From NCBI GenBank assembly GCA_964492925.1, contig CAZBMF010000002.1, forward strand, positions 1 through 50,526: a stretch of 50,526 nt of DNA, in the 5' to 3' direction. How positions within the stretch are numbered: the first letter of the stretch is position 1; each line of letters begins with the position of its first letter. The notes under the pieces are model-generated. The model did no database searches. It was not told where the DNA came from and worked only from the letters and a program-made list of their open reading frames with translations. The DNA comes from an uncultured Rhizobium sp. Lineage in GTDB: Bacteria; Bacteroidota; Bacteroidia; NS11-12g; UBA955. Shown piece by piece: positions 19,426 to 29,375 of the stretch. Position numbers and translations under genes: made by a program.

Positions 19426-19968
19426 ATGGAATTGCCTGTAGGAATAGTGCTCGCCGCTGGAAAAAGTAGTCGAATGAAAGCCGATAAAGCCTTTCTGAAT
19501 TACCATTCCACTCCGCAATACATGCACGTTGAAAACGAACTTAAACCCTATTGTTGCCATGTCCAAATCAACGGATTTGCCAATTATCCCAATGCTTTAC
19601 ACGTCTTCAAGGATCTTGAAATTTACCAAAATAATGGACCAATCAGTGGCATTCTTACAGCTGTCTCTTTGTTTCCCAATCAATCACTTTTTGTTCATGC
19701 TATCGATTATCCATATATTCAATCTGACACGTTAAATGCATTGTTTCAACAGTTTTTGGCCTTTGATAAAACCGTTTGTTTTCGCCACCCAGATTCTAAA
19801 TTTTTGGAACCTTTAATTGCCATTTATCATAAAAATGATTTAGAGAAATTATTGGATTTCTACAATAGTGGACAATCTTCCATGAGGCATTTTTTAACAC
19901 AGTTGAATCCGTTAATTTTGAATCAAGCATCCGCCATTGAATTAACCAGTGTTGATGAACCTTTATGA
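19426..19968 (+). CDS. mobA: Molybdenum cofactor guanylyltransferase (MobA-like)
   Basis: 180 aa; N-terminal GIVLAAGKSSRM nucleotide-binding motif; stop overlaps the fdhD start. Confidence 0.75.
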   Translation: MELPVGIVLAAGKSSRMKADKAFLNYHSTPQYMHVENELKPYCCHVQINGFANYPNALHVFKDLEIYQNNGPISGILTAVSLFPNQSLFVHAIDYPYIQSDTLNALFQQFLAFDKTVCFRHPDSKFLEPLIAIYHKNDLEKLLDFYNSGQSSMRHFLTQLNPLILNQASAIELTSVDEPL

Positions 19969-20822
19969 CCAAATTTGAACTCATTCCAACTGAAATTGTG
20001 CGCGTTAACAATGGAAAAATTACCTATGAGAACGACATGCTTTCAGTTGAAGAACCGTTGGAAATAGTTTTGTCTTATTTTTATGAGGGACATTGGCTTG
20101 AGAAGAAAATTTCTGTGGTGATGAGAACGCCAGGATTCGACCGGAATTTAGCCATTGGTTTTTTGTATACAGAGGGCATTATCCGTGATTTTTCCGATGT
20201 AGATGAAATCAATTTTATAGAAAACTCCGACCTTGAAAATGGTTTGAGCTCAAATCAAGTGGTTTGCAAATTGAAATCTCACGTGCAATTTGATTTGCAA
20301 TCGGTTGAGCGGCATTTTTACACTACTTCGAGTTGCGGGGTTTGCGGAAAATCATCGATTGATGCCGTTAAAATTGCTTGTCCGATAATTGTCCCTCAAA
20401 ATAAGTGGAAATTGCCAATTCAAACCGTCTATCAATTCAATGATAGCATGATTTCAAATCAAAAGAATTTTAATTTTTCGGGGGGAATTCATGCTTCTGC
20501 ACTTTTCAATTTAAGTGGTGAATTTCTGTATTTGCGTGAAGATGTTGGTAGGCATAATGCCCTAGATAAAGTCATTGGCGAAGCCCTTGAAAAAAACATT
20601 GTTCCATTGTTTGATGTTGTGCTTTTTTTAAGTGGACGTGTAAGTTTCGAGTTGATTCAAAAAGCCAGTATGGCTGGTATTCGAATGATTTGTGCCGTTG
20701 GAGCACCTTCCAGTTTGGCAGTAGATTTGGCCCAAGAATTGGACATTACCCTTGTTGGTTTTTTAAGAGGAAACCGATTTAATGTGTATTCAGCACCTGG
20801 AAGGATTGATTTTAACATCTAA
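19965..20822 (+). CDS. fdhD: Formate dehydrogenase accessory sulfurtransferase FdhD
   Basis: 285 aa; conserved SSCGVCGK cysteine loop and GRHNALDK motif. Confidence 0.9.
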   Translation: MTKFELIPTEIVRVNNGKITYENDMLSVEEPLEIVLSYFYEGHWLEKKISVVMRTPGFDRNLAIGFLYTEGIIRDFSDVDEINFIENSDLENGLSSNQVVCKLKSHVQFDLQSVERHFYTTSSCGVCGKSSIDAVKIACPIIVPQNKWKLPIQTVYQFNDSMISNQKNFNFSGGIHASALFNLSGEFLYLREDVGRHNALDKVIGEALEKNIVPLFDVVLFLSGRVSFELIQKASMAGIRMICAVGAPSSLAVDLAQELDITLVGFLRGNRFNVYSAPGRIDFNI

Positions 20823-20859
20823 AATATGACTTTTTTGCACATTCGTGCCTTGAATTTAT

Positions 20860-20867
20860 TAGTTTTG
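20860..20867 (+). promoter_or_regulatory. -7 promoter box TAGTTTTG for the YdeP-type oxidoreductase gene
   Basis: perfect TAnnTTTG 21 nt upstream of ATG 20889. Confidence 0.45.
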
Positions 20868-20888
20868 AAATAAAGTAAACCAAAATAT

Positions 20889-23198
20889 ATGTCGAAAAAT
20901 AAAAACATCCCTAATTCTGAAAACCCTGAAACCCTGTTGGATTTGAAATTGACAAGGCCAAGTGATGCAGCCGCAGGAATAACAGGAGTTACAGTTGCTG
21001 TTAAGCATGTTTTTGGTGAAATGAATCCAGTTAGAGGTGTAAAAGCCTTATTTAAATTAAACCAAAAAGGAGGATTTGATTGTCCGAGTTGTGCTTGGCC
21101 TGACCCTGATGATGAGCGTTCTCCAATTGGTGAATACTGCGAAAATGGAGCAAAAGCGGTTGCTGAAGAAGCCACAACAAAGCGACTTACTGCCGAGTTT
21201 TTTGCAAAGAATAGCATCGCTGAACTTTCTCAACTCAATGATTATGAAATTGGTAAAAAGGGTAGAATTGCTGAGCCACTGTATTTGCCAGCGGGTGGAA
21301 CGCATTATTTGCCAATTAGTTGGGATAATGCATTTTCAAAAATTGCAAGTCATTTAAACAAACTTAATTCTCCCAATGAAGCTGTTTTTTATACTTCTGG
21401 CAGAACCAGTAATGAAGCAGCTTTTTTGTATCAGTTGTTTGTTCGTGAATTTGGTACTAATAATTTACCAGATTGTAGCAATATGTGTCATGAATCTAGT
21501 GGAGTTGCTCTCAATGAATCTGTTGGAATTGGTAAAGGTTCGGTGAAATTAGAAGATTTTTATGAGGCCGATGTCATCATGATTATTGGTCAAAATCCGG
21601 GCACCAATCACCCGCGTATGTTATCAGCGCTACAAAAAGCCAAAGAAGCAGGATCAACCATTATTTCCATCAATCCATTGCCAGAAACTGGTTTAGTGGC
21701 GTTTAAAGACCCACAATCAATCAAAGGTGCTTTAGGAATAAAAGCCAAACTCACAGATATTTTCCTTCAAGTTAAAATCAATGGCGATTTGCCTTTGTTG
21801 CAAGCGTTAGAATATTTGATGCTGCAAGAAGAAATGAAGAATCCAGGCACTGTTTTGGATCCACAATTTATTGAAAATCATACACATGGATTTGATGCTT
21901 GGAAAGAAAATATTCTCAAGCAAAATTTTGAATGGTTGGTAGAAAATTCTGGAATTTCTCTTGAACAAATACTTCAAACCTTTGAAGCAATTAAGAATAA
22001 AAAGAAAATCATTGCTTGTTGGGCAATGGGATTAACCCAGCATAAAAATGCAGTTGATACCATTAAAGAAGTAGTGAACTTGCTAATTGCTAAAGGCAGC
22101 ATTGGTAAAAAAGGCGCTGGTACTTGTCCTGTTAGAGGACATTCAAACGTACAGGGCGATAGAACCATGGGAATCTATGAAAAACCTCCGAAGGCATTTT
22201 TAGACAACATTGAAAAGTCTTTTGGTTTTAAACCTCCACATGAGCATGGTTTCGACGTTGTAGATTGCATCAAAGCCATGCATGAAGGCAAAGCCAAAGT
22301 ATTTATTGCAATGGGTGGAAACTTCCTTTCTGCAACACCCGATACTTTATACACTGGTGAAGCATTGAACAAATGTGATTTAACTGTTCAGGTGTCAACA
22401 AAATTGAACCGAAGTCACCTGATTACAGGCCAAGAAGCATTGATCCTTCCTTGTTTTGGAAGATCAGACGAAGATAAATTGAACGGTGAATTGCAATTTG
22501 TTACTTGTGAAAACTCAATGGGTGTTATTCAAATGTCGAAAGGAATGCTTAAACCAATTTCTGAGCATCTTTTAAGTGAACCCGTGATTGTTTGTAAAAT
22601 GGCAAAAGCCGTTTTAGGTTCTAAATCTGTGGTGAAATGGGATTGGTATATGGAACATTATGACAACATCCGTTGGGATATTGAAAGAACCATTCCAGGG
22701 TTTGATCATTACAATGATAGATCACGTTTGCCAGGTGGTTTTTATTTGCCAAATTCTGCTAGGGAGGGTGAATTTAAAACTTTAACTGGAAAAGCAAATT
22801 TCAATGTAGCTCAATTTGAACCAACTCAAGTGAAATCAGATGAATTGATGATGATGACCATCAGAAGTCACGACCAATTTAACACCACCATCTACGGGTT
22901 AGATGATCGTTACAGAGGGGTTCACAACGAAAGACGTGTCATTTTTATGAACGCCAAAGACATTGAGAAATTTGGATTCAAAGCCGGAGATAAAGTGGAT
23001 TTATACAATCATTTTGGCGGAATTGAGAGAGTTGCTAGGAATTTTATCATCATAGAATTTAGCATTCCAGAGGGATGTTCGGCAACCTATTTTCCTGAAA
23101 CAAATGTTTTGGTACCAATTGATTCTGTTGCAGAAAAAAGCAATACTCCAACCTCAAAAATGGTATTGCTCAGCTTGAGACCCCATGTAGTGGCATAA
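20889..23198 (+). CDS. FdhF/YdeP-family molybdopterin (bis-MGD) oxidoreductase
   Basis: 769 aa; N-terminal Cys cluster (CPSCAWPD...C), molybdopterin oxidoreductase core, C-terminal MGD-binding domain; size typical of YdeP. Confidence 0.85.
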   Translation: MSKNKNIPNSENPETLLDLKLTRPSDAAAGITGVTVAVKHVFGEMNPVRGVKALFKLNQKGGFDCPSCAWPDPDDERSPIGEYCENGAKAVAEEATTKRLTAEFFAKNSIAELSQLNDYEIGKKGRIAEPLYLPAGGTHYLPISWDNAFSKIASHLNKLNSPNEAVFYTSGRTSNEAAFLYQLFVREFGTNNLPDCSNMCHESSGVALNESVGIGKGSVKLEDFYEADVIMIIGQNPGTNHPRMLSALQKAKEAGSTIISINPLPETGLVAFKDPQSIKGALGIKAKLTDIFLQVKINGDLPLLQALEYLMLQEEMKNPGTVLDPQFIENHTHGFDAWKENILKQNFEWLVENSGISLEQILQTFEAIKNKKKIIACWAMGLTQHKNAVDTIKEVVNLLIAKGSIGKKGAGTCPVRGHSNVQGDRTMGIYEKPPKAFLDNIEKSFGFKPPHEHGFDVVDCIKAMHEGKAKVFIAMGGNFLSATPDTLYTGEALNKCDLTVQVSTKLNRSHLITGQEALILPCFGRSDEDKLNGELQFVTCENSMGVIQMSKGMLKPISEHLLSEPVIVCKMAKAVLGSKSVVKWDWYMEHYDNIRWDIERTIPGFDHYNDRSRLPGGFYLPNSAREGEFKTLTGKANFNVAQFEPTQVKSDELMMMTIRSHDQFNTTIYGLDDRYRGVHNERRVIFMNAKDIEKFGFKAGDKVDLYNHFGGIERVARNFIIIEFSIPEGCSATYFPETNVLVPIDSVAEKSNTPTSKMVLLSLRPHVVA

Positions 23199-23271
23199 AT
23201 TTTTAAGGTTTTCCCTTAAAAATAATGTTGTGTTTTGTATTTTTTAATAATTGATTCTTTTAATCTAAAGC

Positions 23272-23279
23272 TAATTTTG
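23272..23279 (+). promoter_or_regulatory. -7 promoter box TAATTTTG for the T9SS cargo gene
   Basis: perfect TAnnTTTG 39 nt upstream of ATG 23319. Confidence 0.4.
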
Positions 23280-23318
23280 CAACCATCTAAAAATATTGCG
23301 TCTGTTAATTAATTGATT

Positions 23319-24656
23319 ATGAAAAATATTAAACTCCTTTGTGTAATCCTTTATAGTTTGGTAAATGGTGTAAATGCTCAAGTTAAATTTGAATTAATTG
23401 CAACTGCCAAAGAAGATACTGTGTTCTATGCACTCAAGTATCATGGACATGAAAAATTCAATGGCAATTCCATTACTTGCAATTGGTTTACCATGAGGGA
23501 GTCGGTTTATTTTTTCTCAGCTTATTGGAATGGCGGATTAAATTATCGTAGATATCCAGGTCCTTTTCCAGGTAATAAATATACCTTTAACCACAAGGTA
23601 AGTGCTGGTTATAATTTCGATGTATTTTTAGATTCTGGTCAGCAAGAAATTTTTGCATTTTGTGAAAATTTTGATAATATTCCAGATACGGTTCTGGTAG
23701 GGAATTTGGATGTTTATGGTTCATTTGGAGATAGCTCAGTTCGTTATTCTGTTTTCCCATCAAATCAGAGTGATTGTCCATTTGAGAGAGTTTATGTTCA
23801 AACAGGTTTGTCAATCAATGGAATTCAGTTAGGAAGCTTTGCAAATTCAACCTTACACCAATCTACCAGTTGTAATTTGGGTATTGTAGGAATAGTGTTC
23901 AATCAATATTCTTTAGAAAGAACTACTTTGGGAAGTTTGCTTCCAAATTGTTCTGATGGTCGTAAATGGAAGTCCTTCGGTTACCCCAAAGATGATCAAG
24001 TATTCTTTAATTTTGACTTAATGACAGACTCTGGCCAGCAATATTTTTCTGATTTTGTTGATGCAATTGATCCTGGTGATCATGTTTTTCTTGTTACTGC
24101 CAATAGAACAACCTTTGGTTATCCTACATTGAAATTAAAAAACACATTGAAGAACTTAGGATTAAGTGATGCGCAATTTTCTACAATTCAAAAATATAGT
24201 TCACCAGAAAAACCGGGATCTGACTTAATGGCTGCTTACGGAAGAAAGGGAATGTCTGCTGGAAAAATGAATTTTTTTGCTGGTTCGGCAAATGATTATA
24301 AACAGTACGAAATTTTTATCCTTCCAAATCAACCCATGGACACCGTTTTTTCATTTGCCCCATGTTATGAGGTGTTAACCAGGAAAATCATGGAACGTCA
24401 ACCTAAACCATCATCTGTTAAATCAATAGATAAATATATCTTTACCGCGTTTCCTAATCCTACCAAACAAAAATGGAATATTCTTTCTCCCAAAACACAA
24501 ACACTAACTTTGATGAATGCACAATTGCAAATTGTTAAAATGGTGAATGTTGTGGAAAATGAATTGTTTGAATTTGATGCTACCCATTTGTCTGATGGAG
24601 TGTACTTTTTAAAGGGCAATATGCTGACAATGAAGCTGCTGAAATCAACAAATTGA
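23319..24656 (+). CDS. Secreted protein of unknown function with a T9SS C-terminal sorting domain
   Basis: signal peptide MKNIKLLCVILYSLVNGVNAQ; C-terminal FPNPTKQKWNI...DGVYFLK pattern of type-A Por_Secre_tail. Confidence 0.75.
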   Translation: MKNIKLLCVILYSLVNGVNAQVKFELIATAKEDTVFYALKYHGHEKFNGNSITCNWFTMRESVYFFSAYWNGGLNYRRYPGPFPGNKYTFNHKVSAGYNFDVFLDSGQQEIFAFCENFDNIPDTVLVGNLDVYGSFGDSSVRYSVFPSNQSDCPFERVYVQTGLSINGIQLGSFANSTLHQSTSCNLGIVGIVFNQYSLERTTLGSLLPNCSDGRKWKSFGYPKDDQVFFNFDLMTDSGQQYFSDFVDAIDPGDHVFLVTANRTTFGYPTLKLKNTLKNLGLSDAQFSTIQKYSSPEKPGSDLMAAYGRKGMSAGKMNFFAGSANDYKQYEIFILPNQPMDTVFSFAPCYEVLTRKIMERQPKPSSVKSIDKYIFTAFPNPTKQKWNILSPKTQTLTLMNAQLQIVKMVNVVENELFEFDATHLSDGVYFLKGNMLTMKLLKSTN

Positions 24657-24757
24657 GGATTTCCCACTTTACAATTCTAATAATTTTTGCTTTTCTTTGA
24701 TGGAATTTGTTGCATTACAAATTTACCGTTTAACTAGAAAGCAGATAATTATATAGA

Positions 24758-25615
24758 ATGAATAATTCTTCGGAAAAGCCATCAAGATGGCTTATTGTGT
24801 GGGCCGGTTTAAGCATATTGTTGCCAATGATGGCAATCTATGTCTACAGTTGTAGCTCCGATACCATTAAAGTGGGTCAATTTGAGGTAAAGCAAATTAA
24901 TGGAAATCAAGACCTTGATTTGTTAATTGCAGAAATAGACCAATCGAAAAAAGTAAAGGAGTCTAAAGAAAAAACAATTAAAAGAATAACCCTTGATTCT
25001 AGCGGTAATTTAATAGATGCCAATCTTTTAAGCGATACAACCAAACACAGAATTCTGTTGATTGGTGACTCTGAAATTGGTGGTTTGAGATATTCTATAA
25101 ACGATTATTGCAGAGAAAACGGACATAAAATTGTACTCGCTGTAGAATGGTACTCCGCAACTACCTTTAACTTTGGTCGTTCCGATACCATTGACAAAAT
25201 TATTGACCGTTACAAACCAACGTATATATTCCTTGTTTTAGGATTAAATGAATTGTATGCCAAGGATTTGAAAGCGAGAAAAATTGCGGCAAATCAGTTG
25301 TCTGAAAAACTTAAAGGAATTCCTTATACTTGGATTGGTCCGGCAAACTGGGATGAAGATTTTGGAATCAACAAAGTTTATGAATCTGCCGCAGAACCCG
25401 GTACCTATTTTTGGTCTAAAAATCTAACACTAACCCGCTCAAAAGATGGTAGACACCCCGATAACAAAGGGTATAGAATGTGGATGGATAGCCTCGCGGC
25501 CTGGGTTCAAACTTCTGCCAAATATAAAATTAAAATGAGGGTGCCTAAAAAACGTGCCCGTCCGTATCTTTCTCCTGTAATCACCATTAATGCTGCTAAA
25601 TACCGTGGATACTAA
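24758..25615 (+). CDS. Membrane-anchored SGNH/GDSL-family hydrolase or acyltransferase
   Basis: N-terminal TM; block I LLIGDSEIGG, block III GLNE, block V DGRHP. Confidence 0.75.
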   Translation: MNNSSEKPSRWLIVWAGLSILLPMMAIYVYSCSSDTIKVGQFEVKQINGNQDLDLLIAEIDQSKKVKESKEKTIKRITLDSSGNLIDANLLSDTTKHRILLIGDSEIGGLRYSINDYCRENGHKIVLAVEWYSATTFNFGRSDTIDKIIDRYKPTYIFLVLGLNELYAKDLKARKIAANQLSEKLKGIPYTWIGPANWDEDFGINKVYESAAEPGTYFWSKNLTLTRSKDGRHPDNKGYRMWMDSLAAWVQTSAKYKIKMRVPKKRARPYLSPVITINAAKYRGY

Positions 25616-25670
25616 TAATTGGATCAGTCAAATTTTCGCTCCACTCAGAAATCCCAAACTGCTTGAAAAC

Positions 25671-27104
25671 ATGTTTGGCTACTCAACAAAAGAACCCTGG
25701 TTCTTTACAGAGTATACTTTTCTCGCTGTTTTTGGGGTGTTTCTGGTAATTTATGCCGCCTTGGTGCAAAAAAATACCTGGAGGAAGCTCTACATCATCT
25801 CATTTTCACTTTTCTTCTATTACAAATCAAGTGGTCCGTTTTTAGGACTTTTTGCTTTGATGATTGTTTCTGATTATCTGTTTGCCATTGCCATTCAGAA
25901 ACATGATGGTTTCAAAAAGAAATTGTTGTTGTTGCTATCGTTGTCTTACAGTTTGAGTTTCCTGCTGTATTTCAAATATGCAAACTTCTTCATACACAAC
26001 ATCAATTCGTTGTTTCATACCCAATTTACAGATCACAACTTGTTTCTTCCTATTGGAATTTCATTCTATACATTTCAGTCTATCAGTTATTTGATGGATG
26101 TTTATAGAAATGAAATTCCAGCTACAAAAAATGTGAGCGATTACGCATTTTACATGACGTTTTTTCCGCATTTGGTGGCTGGACCAATTGTTAGAGCAAA
26201 AGATTTCTTGCCTCAAATTTTTACCCCACAAATTATAAATGCAGCACTTTACAAAGAGAGTTTGTTTAGAATTCTCATTGGATTGCTTAAAAAGCTGTTC
26301 ATTGCCGATTATTTGGGTAAATATGTAGACATCGTGCATGAAGCTCCAGCCAATTTTTCTGGTGCCGAGAACCTTCTTGCTATGTACGGTTACAGCTTCC
26401 AAATTTATTTTGATTTCTCTGGGTACTCCGATATTGCCATTGGAATTGCTCTGATGTTGGGTTACAGATTGAAAGAGAATTTTGAAAATCCTTATTCATC
26501 TTCCAATATCACAGTTTTTTGGAGAAAATGGCATATCTCACTCAGTAGCTGGCTCAGAGATTATATTTATATTCCTCTTGGTGGAAATAGAAAAGGTGTT
26601 TTTAATACCTATCTGTTTCTCATGATTACCATGCTCATAGGTGGATTCTGGCATGGCGCTGATTGGAGGTTTATTTTTTGGGGATTTGCACACGGCTTAG
26701 CTTTGGCATTTCATAAAGCTTGGAGCCAATTGTTTCCAAGCAATAAAAATCCGAAATTCAATCAATTTTGGGGCGTTTTCATCACCTTCCATTTTGTTGC
26801 TTTTTGTTGGATTTTCTTTAGGGCTATTTCTTTCAATTCTGCATTTACCAGCATCACTCAAATTGTAAATCATTTTCATTTAAAGGATATCTCTGGATTT
26901 TTAATTTCTCGTTCAGAAACTGCCTACATGTTATTCTTTGCAGCATTAGTGGCATTTTTCCCTCCTGCTACCAAAGAAATTGTATTTAAATGGATTCAAA
27001 AATTACCTACTTTTACTTGGATTGTTTGGGTATTGTTGGTGTTACAAATCATCGTTCAATTCAAAGATGATGTGGTTCAACCATTTATCTATTTCCAATT
27101 TTAA
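25671..27104 (+). CDS. MBOAT-family membrane O-acyltransferase (AlgI/PatA/DltB-like)
   Basis: polytopic; FWRKWHISLSSWLRDYIYIPLGG with the conserved His; start uncertain: ATG 25671 (477 aa, typical length) versus ATG 25590 (overlaps the upstream gene by 26 nt). Confidence 0.85.
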   Translation: MFGYSTKEPWFFTEYTFLAVFGVFLVIYAALVQKNTWRKLYIISFSLFFYYKSSGPFLGLFALMIVSDYLFAIAIQKHDGFKKKLLLLLSLSYSLSFLLYFKYANFFIHNINSLFHTQFTDHNLFLPIGISFYTFQSISYLMDVYRNEIPATKNVSDYAFYMTFFPHLVAGPIVRAKDFLPQIFTPQIINAALYKESLFRILIGLLKKLFIADYLGKYVDIVHEAPANFSGAENLLAMYGYSFQIYFDFSGYSDIAIGIALMLGYRLKENFENPYSSSNITVFWRKWHISLSSWLRDYIYIPLGGNRKGVFNTYLFLMITMLIGGFWHGADWRFIFWGFAHGLALAFHKAWSQLFPSNKNPKFNQFWGVFITFHFVAFCWIFFRAISFNSAFTSITQIVNHFHLKDISGFLISRSETAYMLFFAALVAFFPPATKEIVFKWIQKLPTFTWIVWVLLVLQIIVQFKDDVVQPFIYFQF

Positions 27105-28750
27105 TGAAGCAGAACTTCCACATTTGCTGTCTGCTATTTCTATTCCTTTTGTCCAATTTGTCTTTGGCACAAATAGGGATTTATAATGACAATAATTCTT
27201 TTATTTGTTTTTCGTGCAATCAGCTGAAAATCAATTCTAAATTAGAAAAATCTCTCCGAAAAATGCACAATGTGAGAGCCAATAATTTAAAATCTATTCA
27301 ACAAGCATACTTCAATCAATCTGATAATTTAACCGTTTCCACTAAATCTTCTAAAAATAATTCTGATACCCTATTTACCATCATGCACATTGGCGATAGC
27401 CATGTGCAAGGTGACTATTTTTCAGGGGAAATCCGAATTCAACTTCAATCTCGTTTTGGTAATGCTGGACGAGGCGTTTTATTCCCTTATGCCTTGGCAA
27501 AAAGTTATGGTCCTAAAGGTGTTTCTGTGAAACAATCTGGTCATTGGAATGGACTTAAAACCATGACTGGTTCTCTAACAGAACTATTGGGTGTTACGGG
27601 TTATGCCGCATATACAAAATATTCAAATTCAACAATAAGGGTTGCTTTAACAGAAAAGTTTCGTGAAGAAAATACCTTGGGTGTCTTCAGCGAACCAGAA
27701 ATGCAACGTGTAAGAATTTGGCATTCAATTGGCAATCAATCTTTTAATTTAAAATTAAATCCAGAGTTTGAATTGATAGACACAGCTTTGAATTCTGAAA
27801 ATAGCAGTTGGGGAATTTCTGAATTTCAAGCCATTGTCCCTCAAAATGAATTTATTTTAAGTTTAAACAAAACCAATTCAGATCAAGATCAATTTGGTTT
27901 TTACGGATTCCAAATATTGCCGAGAAAACATAGCGGACTTGAATACCACCATTGCGGTGTTGTAGGTGCTCAGTTTCCTCATTTAATAAATAAAGCCCAA
28001 CAAACTATTGAACAAATTGCATATTTAAAACCCGATATTTTGGTCTTTTCATTTGGCACAAATGAGGCGTACAACGGCAAATTAGATACCTTGGTTTATA
28101 CACCAACCATCTTAGGTTTTATTGAAAAAATTGAAGAGGTTTCTCCCAATACCACCATTATTTTTACCACACCTCCCGATACAAGAAGTAGCAATAGAAT
28201 TCCTCCTCATCAAAAAAATGTAATCAACCAGTTTTACAAAATTGCCAAAGAAAAAGATGTGATTGTGTATGATTTAAATGCTGCAATGGGTGGCTGGGGA
28301 TCACTATTTGATTGGTATAAAAACAAGCTCACCATTTCCGATAAATTGCATTTTACTCCTGCTGGATATGCTTTGCAAGGTCAACTCTTTACCATGGCGT
28401 TGTTACAGGCCTATAATCGTGTAAACCATACCGATACATTGAATTACAGTACTTTGAAAAATCATGTTCAAAATACACTTCAAGGGCTTGCTCATTCTAC
28501 AACAATAAAAGTAGAAAATGATTCAATTCCCGTTGATTCAATGGTAAAAACAAATGTTGAAGACAGAATTGTTGAACACCATGTTACTTCGCACAGAAAT
28601 GGTCATATTCATGTGGTGAAACGCGGTGAAACAGTCTACGCCATTGCTAGAAAATACGGTGTTTCACCCAATAATATCATCAAGCTAAATCGCTTGAAAA
28701 GATCACGTGGTATCAAACCTGGTCAAAAATTAAAAATTCCTAGGAATTAA
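27104..28750 (+). CDS. Secreted SGNH/GDSL-family protein with a C-terminal LysM domain
   Basis: signal peptide; IMHIGDSHVQGD (block I), SFGTNEA (III), DKLHFT (V); C-terminal HVVKRGETVYAIARKYGVSPNNIIKLNRL...GQKLKIP is LysM; 1-nt stop/start overlap with the MBOAT gene. Confidence 0.8.
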   Translation: MKQNFHICCLLFLFLLSNLSLAQIGIYNDNNSFICFSCNQLKINSKLEKSLRKMHNVRANNLKSIQQAYFNQSDNLTVSTKSSKNNSDTLFTIMHIGDSHVQGDYFSGEIRIQLQSRFGNAGRGVLFPYALAKSYGPKGVSVKQSGHWNGLKTMTGSLTELLGVTGYAAYTKYSNSTIRVALTEKFREENTLGVFSEPEMQRVRIWHSIGNQSFNLKLNPEFELIDTALNSENSSWGISEFQAIVPQNEFILSLNKTNSDQDQFGFYGFQILPRKHSGLEYHHCGVVGAQFPHLINKAQQTIEQIAYLKPDILVFSFGTNEAYNGKLDTLVYTPTILGFIEKIEEVSPNTTIIFTTPPDTRSSNRIPPHQKNVINQFYKIAKEKDVIVYDLNAAMGGWGSLFDWYKNKLTISDKLHFTPAGYALQGQLFTMALLQAYNRVNHTDTLNYSTLKNHVQNTLQGLAHSTTIKVENDSIPVDSMVKTNVEDRIVEHHVTSHRNGHIHVVKRGETVYAIARKYGVSPNNIIKLNRLKRSRGIKPGQKLKIPRN

Positions 28751-28753
28751 AGT

Positions 28754-29371
28754 TTACTTTTCGTGAAATAGTATTTTTATGGTGGCAATTTCGTTCACCA
28801 AATCCACTTGCAAAATTTTAAAACTTATTACCTCTATACCCAATTTTTGTTTCAATTCTTGTTTCAATTCTAAATGATTTTGAGCATGTATATGCGCGAT
28901 GTTTTCGTATTGGATGTTCATGTATTTATACCTTCTTTTGAAAATTAAGAACTCCAAAACAAACAATATTAACAAAATAGAGAAAATATAGAAAAAGGTA
29001 TTCGACCAATGATTTTGACCAATTGCCGAAACAATGCCTATTGAAATGGATAAAAATAAATAGGTCATTTCAATCATACTGATATCTTCAGTGCGGTACC
29101 GAAGCATGCTAAAAACTGCAAACAATCCAAATGCTGCACCCATCGACATTTCTGTACTATGCAAAACATTGGATATCAAGAAAATAATGACATTGAACAT
29201 CATAAATGTGATTGCATTCTCACTGTTTTTATGTTTATATTTATGAATGCCTAAAATAAGTACGATAATTCCTATCAGATCAATCAAAAATTTTAGGCAA
29301 AATGTGCTGTCAATTTGATTGAAAAATGTTTCTAAAACATTTGAATTTGATTGTAATATGCTTGTAATCAT
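28754..29371 (-). CDS. DUF4956-family membrane protein
   Basis: 205 aa; about 4-5 N-terminal TM helices plus a roughly 60-aa soluble tail; 4 nt downstream of the VTC-domain gene. Confidence 0.7.
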   Translation of the reverse strand: MITSILQSNSNVLETFFNQIDSTFCLKFLIDLIGIIVLILGIHKYKHKNSENAITFMMFNVIIFLISNVLHSTEMSMGAAFGLFAVFSMLRYRTEDISMIEMTYLFLSISIGIVSAIGQNHWSNTFFYIFSILLILFVLEFLIFKRRYKYMNIQYENIAHIHAQNHLELKQELKQKLGIEVISFKILQVDLVNEIATIKILFHEK

Positions 29372-29375
29372 TGAT

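Noticed and set aside
21057-21357. Overlapping 82-132-aa ORFs on both strands at the 5' end of the YdeP-type gene (20819..21217, 21057..21305, 21076..21357)
   Set aside because: All are nested in or antisense to a 769-aa ORF with clear family motifs. None has motifs of its own.
23202-23220. Hairpin TTTAAGG-ttttc-CCTTAAA after the YdeP-type gene as a terminator
   Set aside because: The stem is 7 bp and mostly A:T, and no T-run follows on either strand. It is too weak to call.
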